64,000 nucleotides of DNA from Bacteroidota bacterium. Lineage in GTDB: Bacteria; Bacteroidota; Bacteroidia; UKL13-3. Location: NCBI GenBank assembly GCA_027491355.1, contig JAIXWI010000041.1, forward strand, positions 27,627 to 91,626, given 5' to 3'. This document shows positions 30,228-39,576 of the stretch, in pieces (position 1 is the first letter of the stretch; every line of letters begins with the position of its first letter). The notes under the pieces were generated by a model. It worked only from the letters and a program-made list of their open reading frames with translations. It was not told the origin of the DNA and did not search any database. The position numbers were made by a program, and so were the translations under genes.

Positions 30228-30358
30228 GGGGTACCTTTTTTATCAAGAAAAAAGGTACGGAAATATGACTTTTAACCAATTCCCGATCAAAAGCAGCAAA
30301 CTCTTTTTCTGAATTTTATCAAGAAAAAAGAAGAAACAAATAGAAAAAACTCTCAAAC

Positions 30359-30381
30359 GACCATTCACGCAAGACCATTCA
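30359..30381 (+). promoter_or_regulatory. Same paired GACCATTCA boxes upstream of the S46 peptidase gene
   Basis: Boxes at 30359-67 and 30373-81. The second box starts 37 nt before the GGA at 30410, where array homology ends. The peptidase ATG is at 30512. Confidence 0.4.
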
Positions 30382-30511
30382 AAATCTCATCCCAAAACCA
30401 ATTTCGTTTGGAAGCTATTTATGTTTTGATATCCCACCTAACATATAAGATAATATACACAATCTATGCATTTAGTTGAATTTTGACCTTGTTCAGTTTT
30501 ATATTCGTTTC

Positions 30512-32677
30512 ATGAATAAGTTATATACCTTTTTGGCTACAATCCTGGTGCTGGTTACTTTCACTGCTGCAAAACTAATAAACCCAGATGAGGGCATGTT
30601 CCCTTTGTCTGAAATCAAACAATTGGAATTAAAAAAAATTGGTCTTAAAATGGATCCAATGGCATTATACAATCCACAAGGAATTAGTCAAATAGATGCC
30701 ATTGTTAGGGTAGGAGGATGTACAGGTTCTTTTGTTTCAGACGATGGTTTAATTGTTACTAATCACCATTGTGCATTCAGTTTTGTACATGCCATCAGCG
30801 ATACACAGAACAAGTATGTTGACAAAGGATTTTTAGCTAAAACTAGAACAGAAGAAGTACCAGCAAAAGGACTGGTTTGCAAAATTACAGCCAGTTATGA
30901 AGATGTCAGTGCAAAGGTTTTAATGGGTACCCAAGTTACCAATGACCCAATGATCCGCTTAAAAATTATTTCTGACAACATTAAAAATTTAACTGAATCC
31001 GAAAACAAATTGCATCCCAATTTGCAATGTGAAATTTCTGAAATGTTTACTGGAAGAACCTACGTGTTGTTTCGTTACCAATTGTTAAAAGACGTGAGAT
31101 TGGTTTACGTTCCAGGCAGGAGCATTGGAGAGTATGGTGGCGAAAAAGACAATTGGGTTTGGCCAAGACACAGTGGAGATTTTGCATTTTTGAGAGCCTA
31201 TGTAGGTAAAGATGGAACCCCTGCAAACTATAGTCTTGAAAACGTTCCTTACAAACCTGTAAAACATTTAAATATCAATATCAAAGGCATCAAAGAAAAT
31301 GATTTTGTATTTATTTTGGGTTATCCAGGAAGGACATTTAGGAACCAACCTGCAGCATTTTACAAGTATCACGAACAATACCTTTTGAAATATGTCAGTG
31401 AATTGTACAATTGGCAAATCAATTTCATGGAACAATTGGGTACAGGTAATCAATTCCTTGAACTGAAGTATGCTGCACGCATTAAAAGTTTAGCCAATAC
31501 CGCCAAAAACTATGAAGGCAAATTGCAAGGTTTTAGAAGGGTAGGGCTTACCAAAAACAAAGAAATAGACGAGCAGTTAATGCAAGAATTCATCAATAAA
31601 GACGATACGCGTAAAAAGAGATACGGCAACCTGATTCCTACTATCAATACCTTGTATGCAGACATCATCCGATATGCTCCAAGGAATTTGTTTTATGATT
31701 ATTTGTATGGCATGTCTCCAAGTTTTCAGTTTTTAGCTGCAATAGATAATTACCAAACAGCTTTTGCAAAATTGAAAACCAAAGAAGAGAAAGCGGCCTT
31801 TTTAGCCAAACAAGTTCCTAGATTAAAACAATTGTACCAGAAGCTATTTGCGCAAATGGACCCTGTTTTGGAACAACCCTTGATTGAAAAACTATTGGAA
31901 GAAGCAAGTCAATACAATGTCGATAACCGTGTAGAAACGGTCGTGAAATTCTATAAAAAATTTGGTGACAAAGTTGCCAGAACCAAGGCAATTGCAGAAT
32001 TGTTCAACAACGCCATTCAATTAAATGAAGGCAAAATGAACCAATTATTAGCCGATTCAAATGAGAAAATCATGCACATCAAATTGCCATTACAAGATTG
32101 GGTACATTTGATGAACCAAGAAGTTAATAAGTACGACGACGAAGACAAGCAAAGAGAGGCAGCACTAAATTCCTTACTGGCTAAATATGTAGATGCAAAA
32201 AGCGAATTCAAACAAGCATCTTTTATTCCAGATGCAAATGGTACACTTAGGTTTACTTATGGCAATGTAAAAGGCTATGCTCCTAACGATGCTGTTTGGA
32301 ACAAACCATTTACAACACTCAGAGGTGTAATAGAAAAAGAAGATGGGAAAGATTTTGAATTGATGCAAATAATCAAAGAATTGTATTTAGCCAAAGACTA
32401 TGGTCAATATTTACATCCTGATTTAGGCGATTTGCCTATTGATTTTTTATACAATTTAGATACTACCGGTGGCAATAGTGGGAGTCCTGTAATGGATGAA
32501 AATGGGGATTTGGTTGGTGTCAATTTTGACAGGGCCTATACTGCAACCATCAATGACTATGCATGGAATGAGTCTTATTCGAGAAGTGTAGCTGTAGACA
32601 TCCGTTATGTTTGTTGGGTACTTGATAAAGTTGCAGGTGCTAAACATTTGTTAAAAGAAATGCAGGTACCTCAGTAA
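30512..32677 (+). CDS. S46 family dipeptidyl-peptidase (DPP7/DPP11 type)
   Basis: GGCTGSFVSDDGLIVTNHHCA (catalytic His region) and DTTGGNSGSPV (catalytic Ser). ATG at 30512 gives the signal peptide MNKLYTFLATILVLV. Confidence 0.9.
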   Translation: MNKLYTFLATILVLVTFTAAKLINPDEGMFPLSEIKQLELKKIGLKMDPMALYNPQGISQIDAIVRVGGCTGSFVSDDGLIVTNHHCAFSFVHAISDTQNKYVDKGFLAKTRTEEVPAKGLVCKITASYEDVSAKVLMGTQVTNDPMIRLKIISDNIKNLTESENKLHPNLQCEISEMFTGRTYVLFRYQLLKDVRLVYVPGRSIGEYGGEKDNWVWPRHSGDFAFLRAYVGKDGTPANYSLENVPYKPVKHLNINIKGIKENDFVFILGYPGRTFRNQPAAFYKYHEQYLLKYVSELYNWQINFMEQLGTGNQFLELKYAARIKSLANTAKNYEGKLQGFRRVGLTKNKEIDEQLMQEFINKDDTRKKRYGNLIPTINTLYADIIRYAPRNLFYDYLYGMSPSFQFLAAIDNYQTAFAKLKTKEEKAAFLAKQVPRLKQLYQKLFAQMDPVLEQPLIEKLLEEASQYNVDNRVETVVKFYKKFGDKVARTKAIAELFNNAIQLNEGKMNQLLADSNEKIMHIKLPLQDWVHLMNQEVNKYDDEDKQREAALNSLLAKYVDAKSEFKQASFIPDANGTLRFTYGNVKGYAPNDAVWNKPFTTLRGVIEKEDGKDFELMQIIKELYLAKDYGQYLHPDLGDLPIDFLYNLDTTGGNSGSPVMDENGDLVGVNFDRAYTATINDYAWNESYSRSVAVDIRYVCWVLDKVAGAKHLLKEMQVPQ

Positions 32678-32874
32678 GTATTACTTTACAATGTTCAATT
32701 GCTTTAACAAATGTAAACTCGAAGGTCAGTCTATCGTAAAATATTGATATTGAGTTGCATACTGATTTTTGGTGTTGGTTTCATGCTTTGAATGAAAATT
32801 TAGCCAACGTAAAACTTTTATCAAATTGGATTGTAATTTATTTAGACTAAGTATAAACAGCAATAAAAAAGCTG

Positions 32875-32882
32875 TATTTTTG
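32875..32882 (+). promoter_or_regulatory. Candidate Bacteroidota -7 promoter box for the suf operon
   Basis: TATTTTTG matches TAnnTTTG exactly, 25 nt before the sufB ATG. Confidence 0.4.
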
Positions 32883-32906
32883 TAGCCTCAATTTAAATCA
32901 AATTCA

Positions 32907-34352
32907 ATGACAGAAGCGTCGAACATCATAGACCAGGTTGTGAGTCAAGAATATCAGTATGGTTTCAGTACTGCTATTGAAATGGAGACTGCTCCAATAG
33001 GTTTAAGCGAAGACATCGTTAGGTTTATCTCAGCCAAGAAAAACGAACCTGAGTGGATGTTAAATTACAGGCTCAAGGCATACAAACATTGGTTAACCAT
33101 GGAGGAACCCAATTGGCAAAACTTCAATTACCCACCTATAGATTTCCAAAACATCATCTACTATGCTGCACCCAAAGAAAAAAAGAAGCTCAATAGTTTA
33201 GATGAGGTTGATCCTGAATTGTTAAAAACGTTTGAGAAACTAGGCATTTCATTGACTGAACAAAAAAGATTGACGGGTGTTGCTGTAGATGCTGTATTTG
33301 ATTCAGTTTCTATTGCCACAACATTCAAAGATCAATTGAAAGAAAAAGGGGTTATTTTCTGTAGCATGAGCGAAGCTGTTCATGAACACCCCGAGTTGGT
33401 AAAGCAATATTTAGGTTCTGTAGTGCCATACACCGACAATTATTTTGCAGCTTTAAATGCAGCGGTATTTTCAGATGGTTCTTTTGTATACATTCCAAAA
33501 GGAGTGCGTTGTCCTATGGAGTTATCCACTTATTTCAGAATCAATGCAGAAAACACCGGTCAATTTGAACGTACATTGATCATAGCTGATGACCATTCAT
33601 ACGTTTCTTATCTAGAGGGTTGTACAGCACCCATGCGTGACGAAAATCAATTGCATGCTGCGGTGGTAGAATTGGTGGCACACACGCATGCTGAAATCAA
33701 ATACTCTACTGTACAAAACTGGTATCCAGGAGACAAAGATGGCAAAGGTGGGATCTATAATTTCGTTACTAAAAGAGGAACTTGTGAAGGGGATTATGCC
33801 AAAATTTCTTGGACGCAAGTTGAAACTGGAAGTGCCATTACCTGGAAATACCCAAGTTGTGTGTTAAAAGGTAACCATTCAAATGGTGAGTTCTTTTCAG
33901 TTGCAGTAACCAACAATGCACAGTTAGCTGATACTGGCACCAAAATGATACATTTAGGCAGCCATACAAAAAGTAGAATTGTATCAAAAGGTATATCAGC
34001 CGGAAAATCTCACAATACTTATAGGGGTTTGGTAAAAGTTGCTGCAAAAGCTACAGATGCCAGAAACTATACCCAATGTGACAGCATGCTCATTGGTGAT
34101 CGTTCTGGCGCACACACTTTTCCTTACATAGAAGTAGCAAACTCATCGGCTGTGGTTGAACATGAAGCCAGTACCAGTAAAATAGGTGAAGATCAAATTT
34201 TTTACTGTAACCAAAGAGGCATAGGCACTGAAGAAGCCATTGGTTTAATTGTAAACGGATTTTGTAAAGAAGTATTGAACCAATTGCCAATGGAATTTGC
34301 AGTAGAAGCTCAGAAATTATTGGCCGTTTCATTAGAAGGGTCGGTAGGATAA
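32907..34352 (+). CDS. sufB: Fe-S cluster assembly scaffold SufB
   Basis: 481 aa; ...[21 protein letters not shown]..., FYCNQRGI; first gene of a suf cluster. Confidence 0.95.
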   Translation: MTEASNIIDQVVSQEYQYGFSTAIEMETAPIGLSEDIVRFISAKKNEPEWMLNYRLKAYKHWLTMEEPNWQNFNYPPIDFQNIIYYAAPKEKKKLNSLDEVDPELLKTFEKLGISLTEQKRLTGVAVDAVFDSVSIATTFKDQLKEKGVIFCSMSEAVHEHPELVKQYLGSVVPYTDNYFAALNAAVFSDGSFVYIPKGVRCPMELSTYFRINAENTGQFERTLIIADDHSYVSYLEGCTAPMRDENQLHAAVVELVAHTHAEIKYSTVQNWYPGDKDGKGGIYNFVTKRGTCEGDYAKISWTQVETGSAITWKYPSCVLKGNHSNGEFFSVAVTNNAQLADTGTKMIHLGSHTKSRIVSKGISAGKSHNTYRGLVKVAAKATDARNYTQCDSMLIGDRSGAHTFPYIEVANSSAVVEHEASTSKIGEDQIFYCNQRGIGTEEAIGLIVNGFCKEVLNQLPMEFAVEAQKLLAVSLEGSVG

Positions 34353-34374
34353 TCAACAATTATAAAATAGAACA

Positions 34375-35136
34375 ATGTTAAGTATAGAAAATTTACATGC
34401 CGGAATTGAGGGAAAAAACATCCTAAACGGAATCAATTTAAACATTCGTCCAGGTGAGGTACATGCCATTATGGGTCCAAATGGTGCAGGAAAAAGCACT
34501 TTGTCATCAGTATTGGCAGGTAAAAACGAATACACTGTAAGCCAAGGTTCTGTGTATTTTGATGGAAAAGATTTACTAGAAATGAGTCCGGAAGACAGGG
34601 CCAGAGAAGGTTTGTTTTTGGCATTTCAATACCCAGTTGAAATACCTGGTGTGAGTAATACCAATTTCTTGAAGACAGCTGTAAACGAACAACGAAAGTA
34701 TAGAGGCTTGCCGCCAATGGAGGCCACTGATTTCTTGAAATTCATGCGTGAAAAAATGGATTTTGTGGAAATGGATAAATCGTTGACCAGTCGTTCTTTG
34801 AATGAAGGTTTTAGTGGTGGTGAGAAAAAAAGAAATGAAATTTTTCAAATGGCAATGTTGGCGCCTAAATTGGCCATCCTTGATGAAACTGATTCCGGTT
34901 TGGACATTGATGCCTTAAGATTGGTTTCTAATGGCGTGAATAAATTAAGAAGCAAAGAGAATGCATTTGTAGTCATCACCCATTACCAAAGATTACTTGA
35001 CTACATTGTACCAGATTTTGTTCATGTACTCTACAAAGGTAGAATAGTAAAAAGCGGAACAGCTGAATTGGCCAAAGAATTGGAGCAAAAAGGATACGAC
35101 TGGATCAAGGCTGAGCTAGAAACTCAAAACGCATAA
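34375..35136 (+). CDS. sufC: Fe-S cluster assembly ATPase SufC
   Basis: Walker [10 protein letters not shown], signature FSGGEKKR, Walker [11 protein letters not shown]. Confidence 0.95.
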   Translation: MLSIENLHAGIEGKNILNGINLNIRPGEVHAIMGPNGAGKSTLSSVLAGKNEYTVSQGSVYFDGKDLLEMSPEDRAREGLFLAFQYPVEIPGVSNTNFLKTAVNEQRKYRGLPPMEATDFLKFMREKMDFVEMDKSLTSRSLNEGFSGGEKKRNEIFQMAMLAPKLAILDETDSGLDIDALRLVSNGVNKLRSKENAFVVITHYQRLLDYIVPDFVHVLYKGRIVKSGTAELAKELEQKGYDWIKAELETQNA

Positions 35137-35148
35137 CCGCAATCAGAC

Positions 35149-36411
35149 ATGAGTTTACTTCATCAAATCAAAGAAAAAGCGGCTGGGCAAGCAACTTCAA
35201 ATGAATTGCAACAACATGCACGAGCTGTTTTTCTCTCTAACGGCATACCAACCAGAAAAAACGAAGAATGGAAATATTTCAGTTTCAAGCCTACGTTTGA
35301 TCATGACTTAACCTGGGTTGATGGTGCAAATCAACAATTGCCAATCAATACCCAATTGCACAATATCAAAGCCAACCGATTGGTTTTTGTAAATGGGCAA
35401 TTAGACATCCAATACTCAGAAATTTTAGATCAAATTCCTGGTTTGATTGTATGTTCTATGGAGGAAGCATCAGCATTACATGGGGCTATTTTTACCCAAC
35501 ATTTTGGAAAGTACGCTTCAATAGAAAATGAGTCACTCAATGCATTGAATACAGCATTTGATCCGCAGGGTTCATTTGTTTACATCCCTAAAGGTGCTGT
35601 TTGTGAGTATCCATTTTTTATACAACATGTTACAACCTCAATTGATTACGCTAGTTTTAGTCAACTCCGGAATCTATGGATAATAGGTGCTAATGCCAGC
35701 GCTAGCTTTATAGAATCGTATGAGAGTATAGGTAGTAATAAATGTTTAACCAACGTAGTAAGTGAAATTGCTATTGCTGAAAATGCTCAAGTAAATTCAT
35801 ACAAATTGCAACAACAACAAGCAGTTGCCCAACTCAATCATTATACCCAAATTAACCAATCTGCCCATTCAAATGTGAAGCAAATTACAGTGAGCATGTG
35901 CGGTGAAATTGTCAGAAATAATTTACACTTTAAGTTAAACGGACCTGCTGCTGATTGCATGTTACATGGATTGTATTTTACCGATAAAAAACGTTTGGTT
36001 GATAACCATACCAGGGTAGATCATGTGAGTCCGCATTGTACCAGTGATGAAAAATACAAGGGTATTTTGACTGACGAATCTACGGCCGTTTTCAATGGTA
36101 AAATACAAGTACATTTAGATGCACAAAAAACGGCTGCCTACCAACGCAACCAAAATATTTTATTGAGCGATAAAGCCACTATTAATACCAAACCTCAGTT
36201 AGAGATTTTTGCAGATGATGTCAAGTGTACACATGGTGCTACCATTGGCAGATTAGACGAAAAATCTTTGTTTTATTTGAGGAGTAGAGGAATACCTGAA
36301 GCAGTAGCAAAATCTATGTTGTTAAAGGCTTATGCAAAAGACATCACTGATGCCATTGATGAACCCTCCTTGACTTTATTCATTGAGCAATTTATAGAAG
36401 CAAATATTTAA
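35149..36411 (+). CDS. sufD: Fe-S cluster assembly protein SufD
   Basis: 420 aa between sufC and sufS. C-terminal PQLEIFADDVKCTHGATIGRLD...FYLRSRGI. Confidence 0.9.
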   Translation: MSLLHQIKEKAAGQATSNELQQHARAVFLSNGIPTRKNEEWKYFSFKPTFDHDLTWVDGANQQLPINTQLHNIKANRLVFVNGQLDIQYSEILDQIPGLIVCSMEEASALHGAIFTQHFGKYASIENESLNALNTAFDPQGSFVYIPKGAVCEYPFFIQHVTTSIDYASFSQLRNLWIIGANASASFIESYESIGSNKCLTNVVSEIAIAENAQVNSYKLQQQQAVAQLNHYTQINQSAHSNVKQITVSMCGEIVRNNLHFKLNGPAADCMLHGLYFTDKKRLVDNHTRVDHVSPHCTSDEKYKGILTDESTAVFNGKIQVHLDAQKTAAYQRNQNILLSDKATINTKPQLEIFADDVKCTHGATIGRLDEKSLFYLRSRGIPEAVAKSMLLKAYAKDITDAIDEPSLTLFIEQFIEANI

Positions 36412-36412
36412 C

Positions 36413-37645
36413 TTGAACCAGTCAATTGATATAGCAAGTATACGCGCTCAATTTCCTGTTTTAAACGAGCAAGTAAATGGCAAGCCATTGGTTTATTTTG
36501 ACAATGCGGCAACTACACAAAAACCACATTCTGTTATCAATGCATTGCAATCCTATTACCAACATGACAATGCAAACATTCACCGTTCGGCACATACTTT
36601 AGCTGCCAGAGCTACAGAACATTTTGAGGCTACCAGAGAAATGCTCAAATTATTCATCAATGCCAAAGAATCTGCTGAATGTATTTTTACAAAAGGTGTA
36701 ACTGAAAGCATCAATTTAGTTGCGGCATCTTACGGTAAATTGGTTTTAAAACCTGGGGATGAAGTTTTGCTTACAGAAATGGAACACCATAGCAATTTGG
36801 TTCCATGGCAAAGAATCTGTGCTGAAACTGGCGCAGTGTTAAAATTTATACCTGTTGAATCAGACGGCTCAATTCATTTAGAAACTGCATTGGCATGTAT
36901 CAATTCCAAAGTTAAAATTGTTTCCATGGTATGGGTGAGTAATGCATTGGGTACAATTAATCCTATTCAAACCATTATTGAAACCGCCCATGGCATAGGT
37001 GCTAAAGTAATGATTGATGCAGCTCAGGCAGCCTCACATTTTAAAATTGATGTACAAGCTCTAGACTGCGATTTTATGGCCTTATCTTCGCACAAATTAT
37101 ATGGTCCGACAGGTTTGGGCGTTTTGTACGGAAAGAGAGAGCTTTTAGCCGCCATGCCACCTTACCAAAGTGGTGGTGAAATGATCAAAGAGGTGTTCTT
37201 AACTCACAGTACATACAACGAATTGCCTTATAAGTTTGAAGCGGGAACACCCAATATTGCTGACGTCATTGCCTTTAAAATGGCATTAAAGTTTGTATCT
37301 GATATTGGACATGATAGCATTGCATCGCATGAAAATAGTTTGTACCATTATTTGCTAAATGCCATCAATCACGCATCACTCAAGCAATTAAAATTAATTG
37401 GTACTAGCTCCAATAAAATAGCTGTTCAGTCTTTTGAAATTGAAAGTCTACACCATTTTGATGTAGGTTTATTATTGGATGCCTCCGGAATTGCAGTAAG
37501 AACAGGTCATCATTGTACACAACCATTGATGCGTAAATTTGGTATTGATGGAACTGTAAGGGCTTCATTTGCCATTTATAACACCACGGATGAGATTGAT
37601 TATTTTATAGCGGCACTTCAGAAAATTTGTCATAGAATTAAATGA
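36413..37645 (+). CDS. sufS: Cysteine desulfurase SufS (class II aminotransferase V)
   Basis: SSHKLYGPTGLGVLYG (PLP lysine) and RTGHHCTQPL (catalytic Cys loop); TTG start. Confidence 0.95.
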   Translation: MNQSIDIASIRAQFPVLNEQVNGKPLVYFDNAATTQKPHSVINALQSYYQHDNANIHRSAHTLAARATEHFEATREMLKLFINAKESAECIFTKGVTESINLVAASYGKLVLKPGDEVLLTEMEHHSNLVPWQRICAETGAVLKFIPVESDGSIHLETALACINSKVKIVSMVWVSNALGTINPIQTIIETAHGIGAKVMIDAAQAASHFKIDVQALDCDFMALSSHKLYGPTGLGVLYGKRELLAAMPPYQSGGEMIKEVFLTHSTYNELPYKFEAGTPNIADVIAFKMALKFVSDIGHDSIASHENSLYHYLLNAINHASLKQLKLIGTSSNKIAVQSFEIESLHHFDVGLLLDASGIAVRTGHHCTQPLMRKFGIDGTVRASFAIYNTTDEIDYFIAALQKICHRIK

Positions 37646-38067
37646 AAACTATCAACGAAATACAAGATGAAATTGTAGCAGATTTTAGTCTATTTGAGGA
37701 TGACATGGAAAGCAAACTCTTTTACTTGATGGACTTAGGAAAGAAACTAGAACCAATGGATTCAGCTCATCAAACACCAGAATTTTTGATCAAGGGCTGT
37801 ATGAGTAAAGTTTGGGTTTATCCAATTTTTGTAGATGGAATTTTACATTTTGAAGTGGACAGCAATACTGAAATTACCAAAGGTTTGGTAGCTTTATTGG
37901 TTAAAATTTGGAACAATAGAACTCCGTCAGAAATATTGAATACCGATTTGTATTTTATTGCTCAAATTGGAATGGGCAATATGATTGGTTCTCAAAGAAG
38001 CAATGGATTTGCTGGCATGATTCAACAAATGAAATTGTACGCAACTGCTTTTCAATCCCACAATTAA
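37642..38067 (+). CDS. sufE: Sulfur acceptor SufE
   Basis: 141 aa, KGCMSKVW active-site Cys motif, ATGA overlap with sufS. Confidence 0.9.
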   Translation: MKTINEIQDEIVADFSLFEDDMESKLFYLMDLGKKLEPMDSAHQTPEFLIKGCMSKVWVYPIFVDGILHFEVDSNTEITKGLVALLVKIWNNRTPSEILNTDLYFIAQIGMGNMIGSQRSNGFAGMIQQMKLYATAFQSHN

Positions 38068-38068
38068 C

Positions 38069-38407
38069 ATGGAAGATAATAATACACAACCAATGAGGAA
38101 TTTTGTAGATATACAGAACGAGGCTATTAAAGTTATTCAAACAGTTTATGACCCTGAAATTCCAGTTAATATATACGAATTGGGTTTGATTTATGAAGTG
38201 AATGTTTCTCATGATTTGAATGTAGAAATTATCATGTCTTTGACCTCACCATTTTGTCCTGCTGCCCAAAGTATGCCTGCTGAAATTAAAGAGAAAGTGG
38301 GAGCCATTGAAGGGGTAAAAGAAGTAACAGTAACAGTAACTTTTGAACCAGCTTGGACCCAAGATTTAATGAGTGAATCTGCAAAATTACAGTTGGGTTT
38401 TTTATAA
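38069..38407 (+). CDS. DUF59 (SufT/PaaD-like) Fe-S assembly protein
   Basis: 112 aa, VYDPEIPVNIYELGLIY and LTSPFCPAA motifs. Confidence 0.85.
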   Translation: MEDNNTQPMRNFVDIQNEAIKVIQTVYDPEIPVNIYELGLIYEVNVSHDLNVEIIMSLTSPFCPAAQSMPAEIKEKVGAIEGVKEVTVTVTFEPAWTQDLMSESAKLQLGFL

Positions 38408-38473
38408 AAGAATGCTTTTAAAGTTTTAAAGAGTGTTTATGAAATAGTTCTTAAATGCATTCAATTAGAAAGC

Positions 38474-38680
38474 TTATTCCCAATCAGTATTATCCAATTC
38501 AAATAAATCATACAAAGAAGTTTCAAGCACATAGGCTATTTTAAGAGCCAATAAAATGCTTGGATTGAACTTGCCAGATTCAATGGCATAAATTGATTGT
38601 CTGCTAATTCCTACCTTCTGAGCCAATTCCTCTTGTGTGAAACCTTTATTTGTTCTAATTGATTTTAAATTGCTTCTCAT
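38474..38680 (-). CDS. XRE-family helix-turn-helix transcriptional regulator
   Basis: 68 aa, LKSIRTNKGFTQEELAQKVGISRQSIYAIESGKFNPS. Confidence 0.85.
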   Translation of the reverse strand: MRSNLKSIRTNKGFTQEELAQKVGISRQSIYAIESGKFNPSILLALKIAYVLETSLYDLFELDNTDWE

Positions 38681-39120
38681 TGTTTCATTTTTTTATTGGT
38701 TTTATACAATTCAAATTGAAAGAAAAGGTTGAAAAGGATCAAAAAGCTAAAAAGATTCATCAACATTAAATTTAAAAACGACAATCCACCAAAAAACCAA
38801 GTACCAACAATCAATCCAGCTGTTTGAAAAATTGCTGATTTGATTAAAGCTTGATACCTTAAAAAATCGATGTATTCATCTTCTTTTTTGCGCTGAATAA
38901 ATCCTAGTATGTAAAGAGCAATTAGAATAAAAGTCAGCGCTAAATCTCCTTGATAGTTACTCCTTTCAAGCAGTACTGCAATTCCAGTATTTGAACTTTT
39001 AATTTGTAAAAACGGCAGAATCGTATCGTTTAAATAAGCAAATCCCAGGCCCATACCTAGTGCAAGCAATAACATAGCATAAGGAATAAATTTTCGGTCA
39101 ATTAAAAAGCTATTTTTCAT
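38677..39120 (-). CDS. Small four-TM membrane protein co-transcribed with the XRE regulator (DUF2178-like arrangement)
   Basis: 147 aa and hydrophobic. 4-nt overlap with the regulator gene. Confidence 0.6.
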   Translation of the reverse strand: MKNSFLIDRKFIPYAMLLLALGMGLGFAYLNDTILPFLQIKSSNTGIAVLLERSNYQGDLALTFILIALYILGFIQRKKEDEYIDFLRYQALIKSAIFQTAGLIVGTWFFGGLSFLNLMLMNLFSFLILFNLFFQFELYKTNKKMKQ

Positions 39121-39147
39121 TTTACAGAATGATTAATTCCATCAAAA

Positions 39148-39211
39148 ATGTAAACAAAACTTTACATTTGCAAGTCACAATCTAAAAAATACTATAAAAG
39201 TAGTATTTTTT
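39148..39211. promoter_or_regulatory. Two inverted repeats in the divergent intergenic region (candidate operators), plus a TAnnTTTG box
   Basis: ATGTAAA (39148-54) / TTTACAT (39161-67). AAAAAATACTA (39184-94) / TAGTATTTTTT (39201-11). TACATTTG at 39163-70 matches TAnnTTTG on the + strand. Confidence 0.3.
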
Positions 39212-39260
39212 GCTAAGTCAAAAACAGTAGGTTTGAGTAGAACAATCAAACAAAATAATT

Positions 39261-39575
39261 ATGAGTTTTACAGGAAATGAAGAGCATAGCATAACACTAG
39301 CAGATGCTTCAGTATTAACCGAACGCTTTAGAGACAACATGCCCTGGGATGATACCATTGCGGAGTTTTTTGGTAAAGCTGCCCTGTTAGAAATTTTAGA
39401 ACAAGAGGACTGTGTAGGTATTCGGTTTTACTATGGTTTTGACGACCAAATGAGGCCAAGTTTAGTTGCTGTTGGAGCCAAACCTAATCAGGACGATTTG
39501 GTCAATGGCTTTATTGCTGAAACAGGAAGAAGGTGCCCTGTTTATTGTAGCACACCAAATGATTTAAACTCATAG
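39261..39575 (+). CDS. Hypothetical small soluble protein
   Basis: 104 aa with no motif I recognise. First gene of a same-strand run ending in a kinase/regulator pair. Confidence 0.5.
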   Translation: MSFTGNEEHSITLADASVLTERFRDNMPWDDTIAEFFGKAALLEILEQEDCVGIRFYYGFDDQMRPSLVAVGAKPNQDDLVNGFIAETGRRCPVYCSTPNDLNS

Positions 39576-39576
39576 G

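Larger units (their letters stand above)
29218..30412 (+). repeat. Tandem array, about 3.2 units with periods 372, 400 and 372 bp. Each unit is a box module, a structured core and an AT-rich hairpin module.
   Basis: The string GGATGTTCCGACCATTGTCAATCGGCGCACAAAATCACCAGT recurs at 29266, 29638 and 30038. Homology ends at the GGA at 30410. No ORF of 60 aa or more on either strand across 29162-30475. Confidence 0.9.

Noticed and set aside
29494-30292. Mini-ORFs in the array spacers (ATG ACT TTT AAC ...)
   Set aside because: The reading frames are 4, 33 and 15 codons long in the three units and the sequence after the fourth codon differs. A peptide is not conserved.
29218-30412. Could the repeat array be a CRISPR locus?
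   Set aside because: The period is 372-400 bp and the conserved part far exceeds the variable part (32-35 nt). There are no short palindromic repeats of 24-48 nt at regular spacing and no cas genes in the window.
38408-38473. Imperfect inverted repeat GAATGC...GCATTC between the convergent DUF59 and XRE genes, as a bidirectional terminator
   Set aside because: The stem is interrupted, the loop is about 20 nt, and no flanking T-run is present. Support is insufficient.
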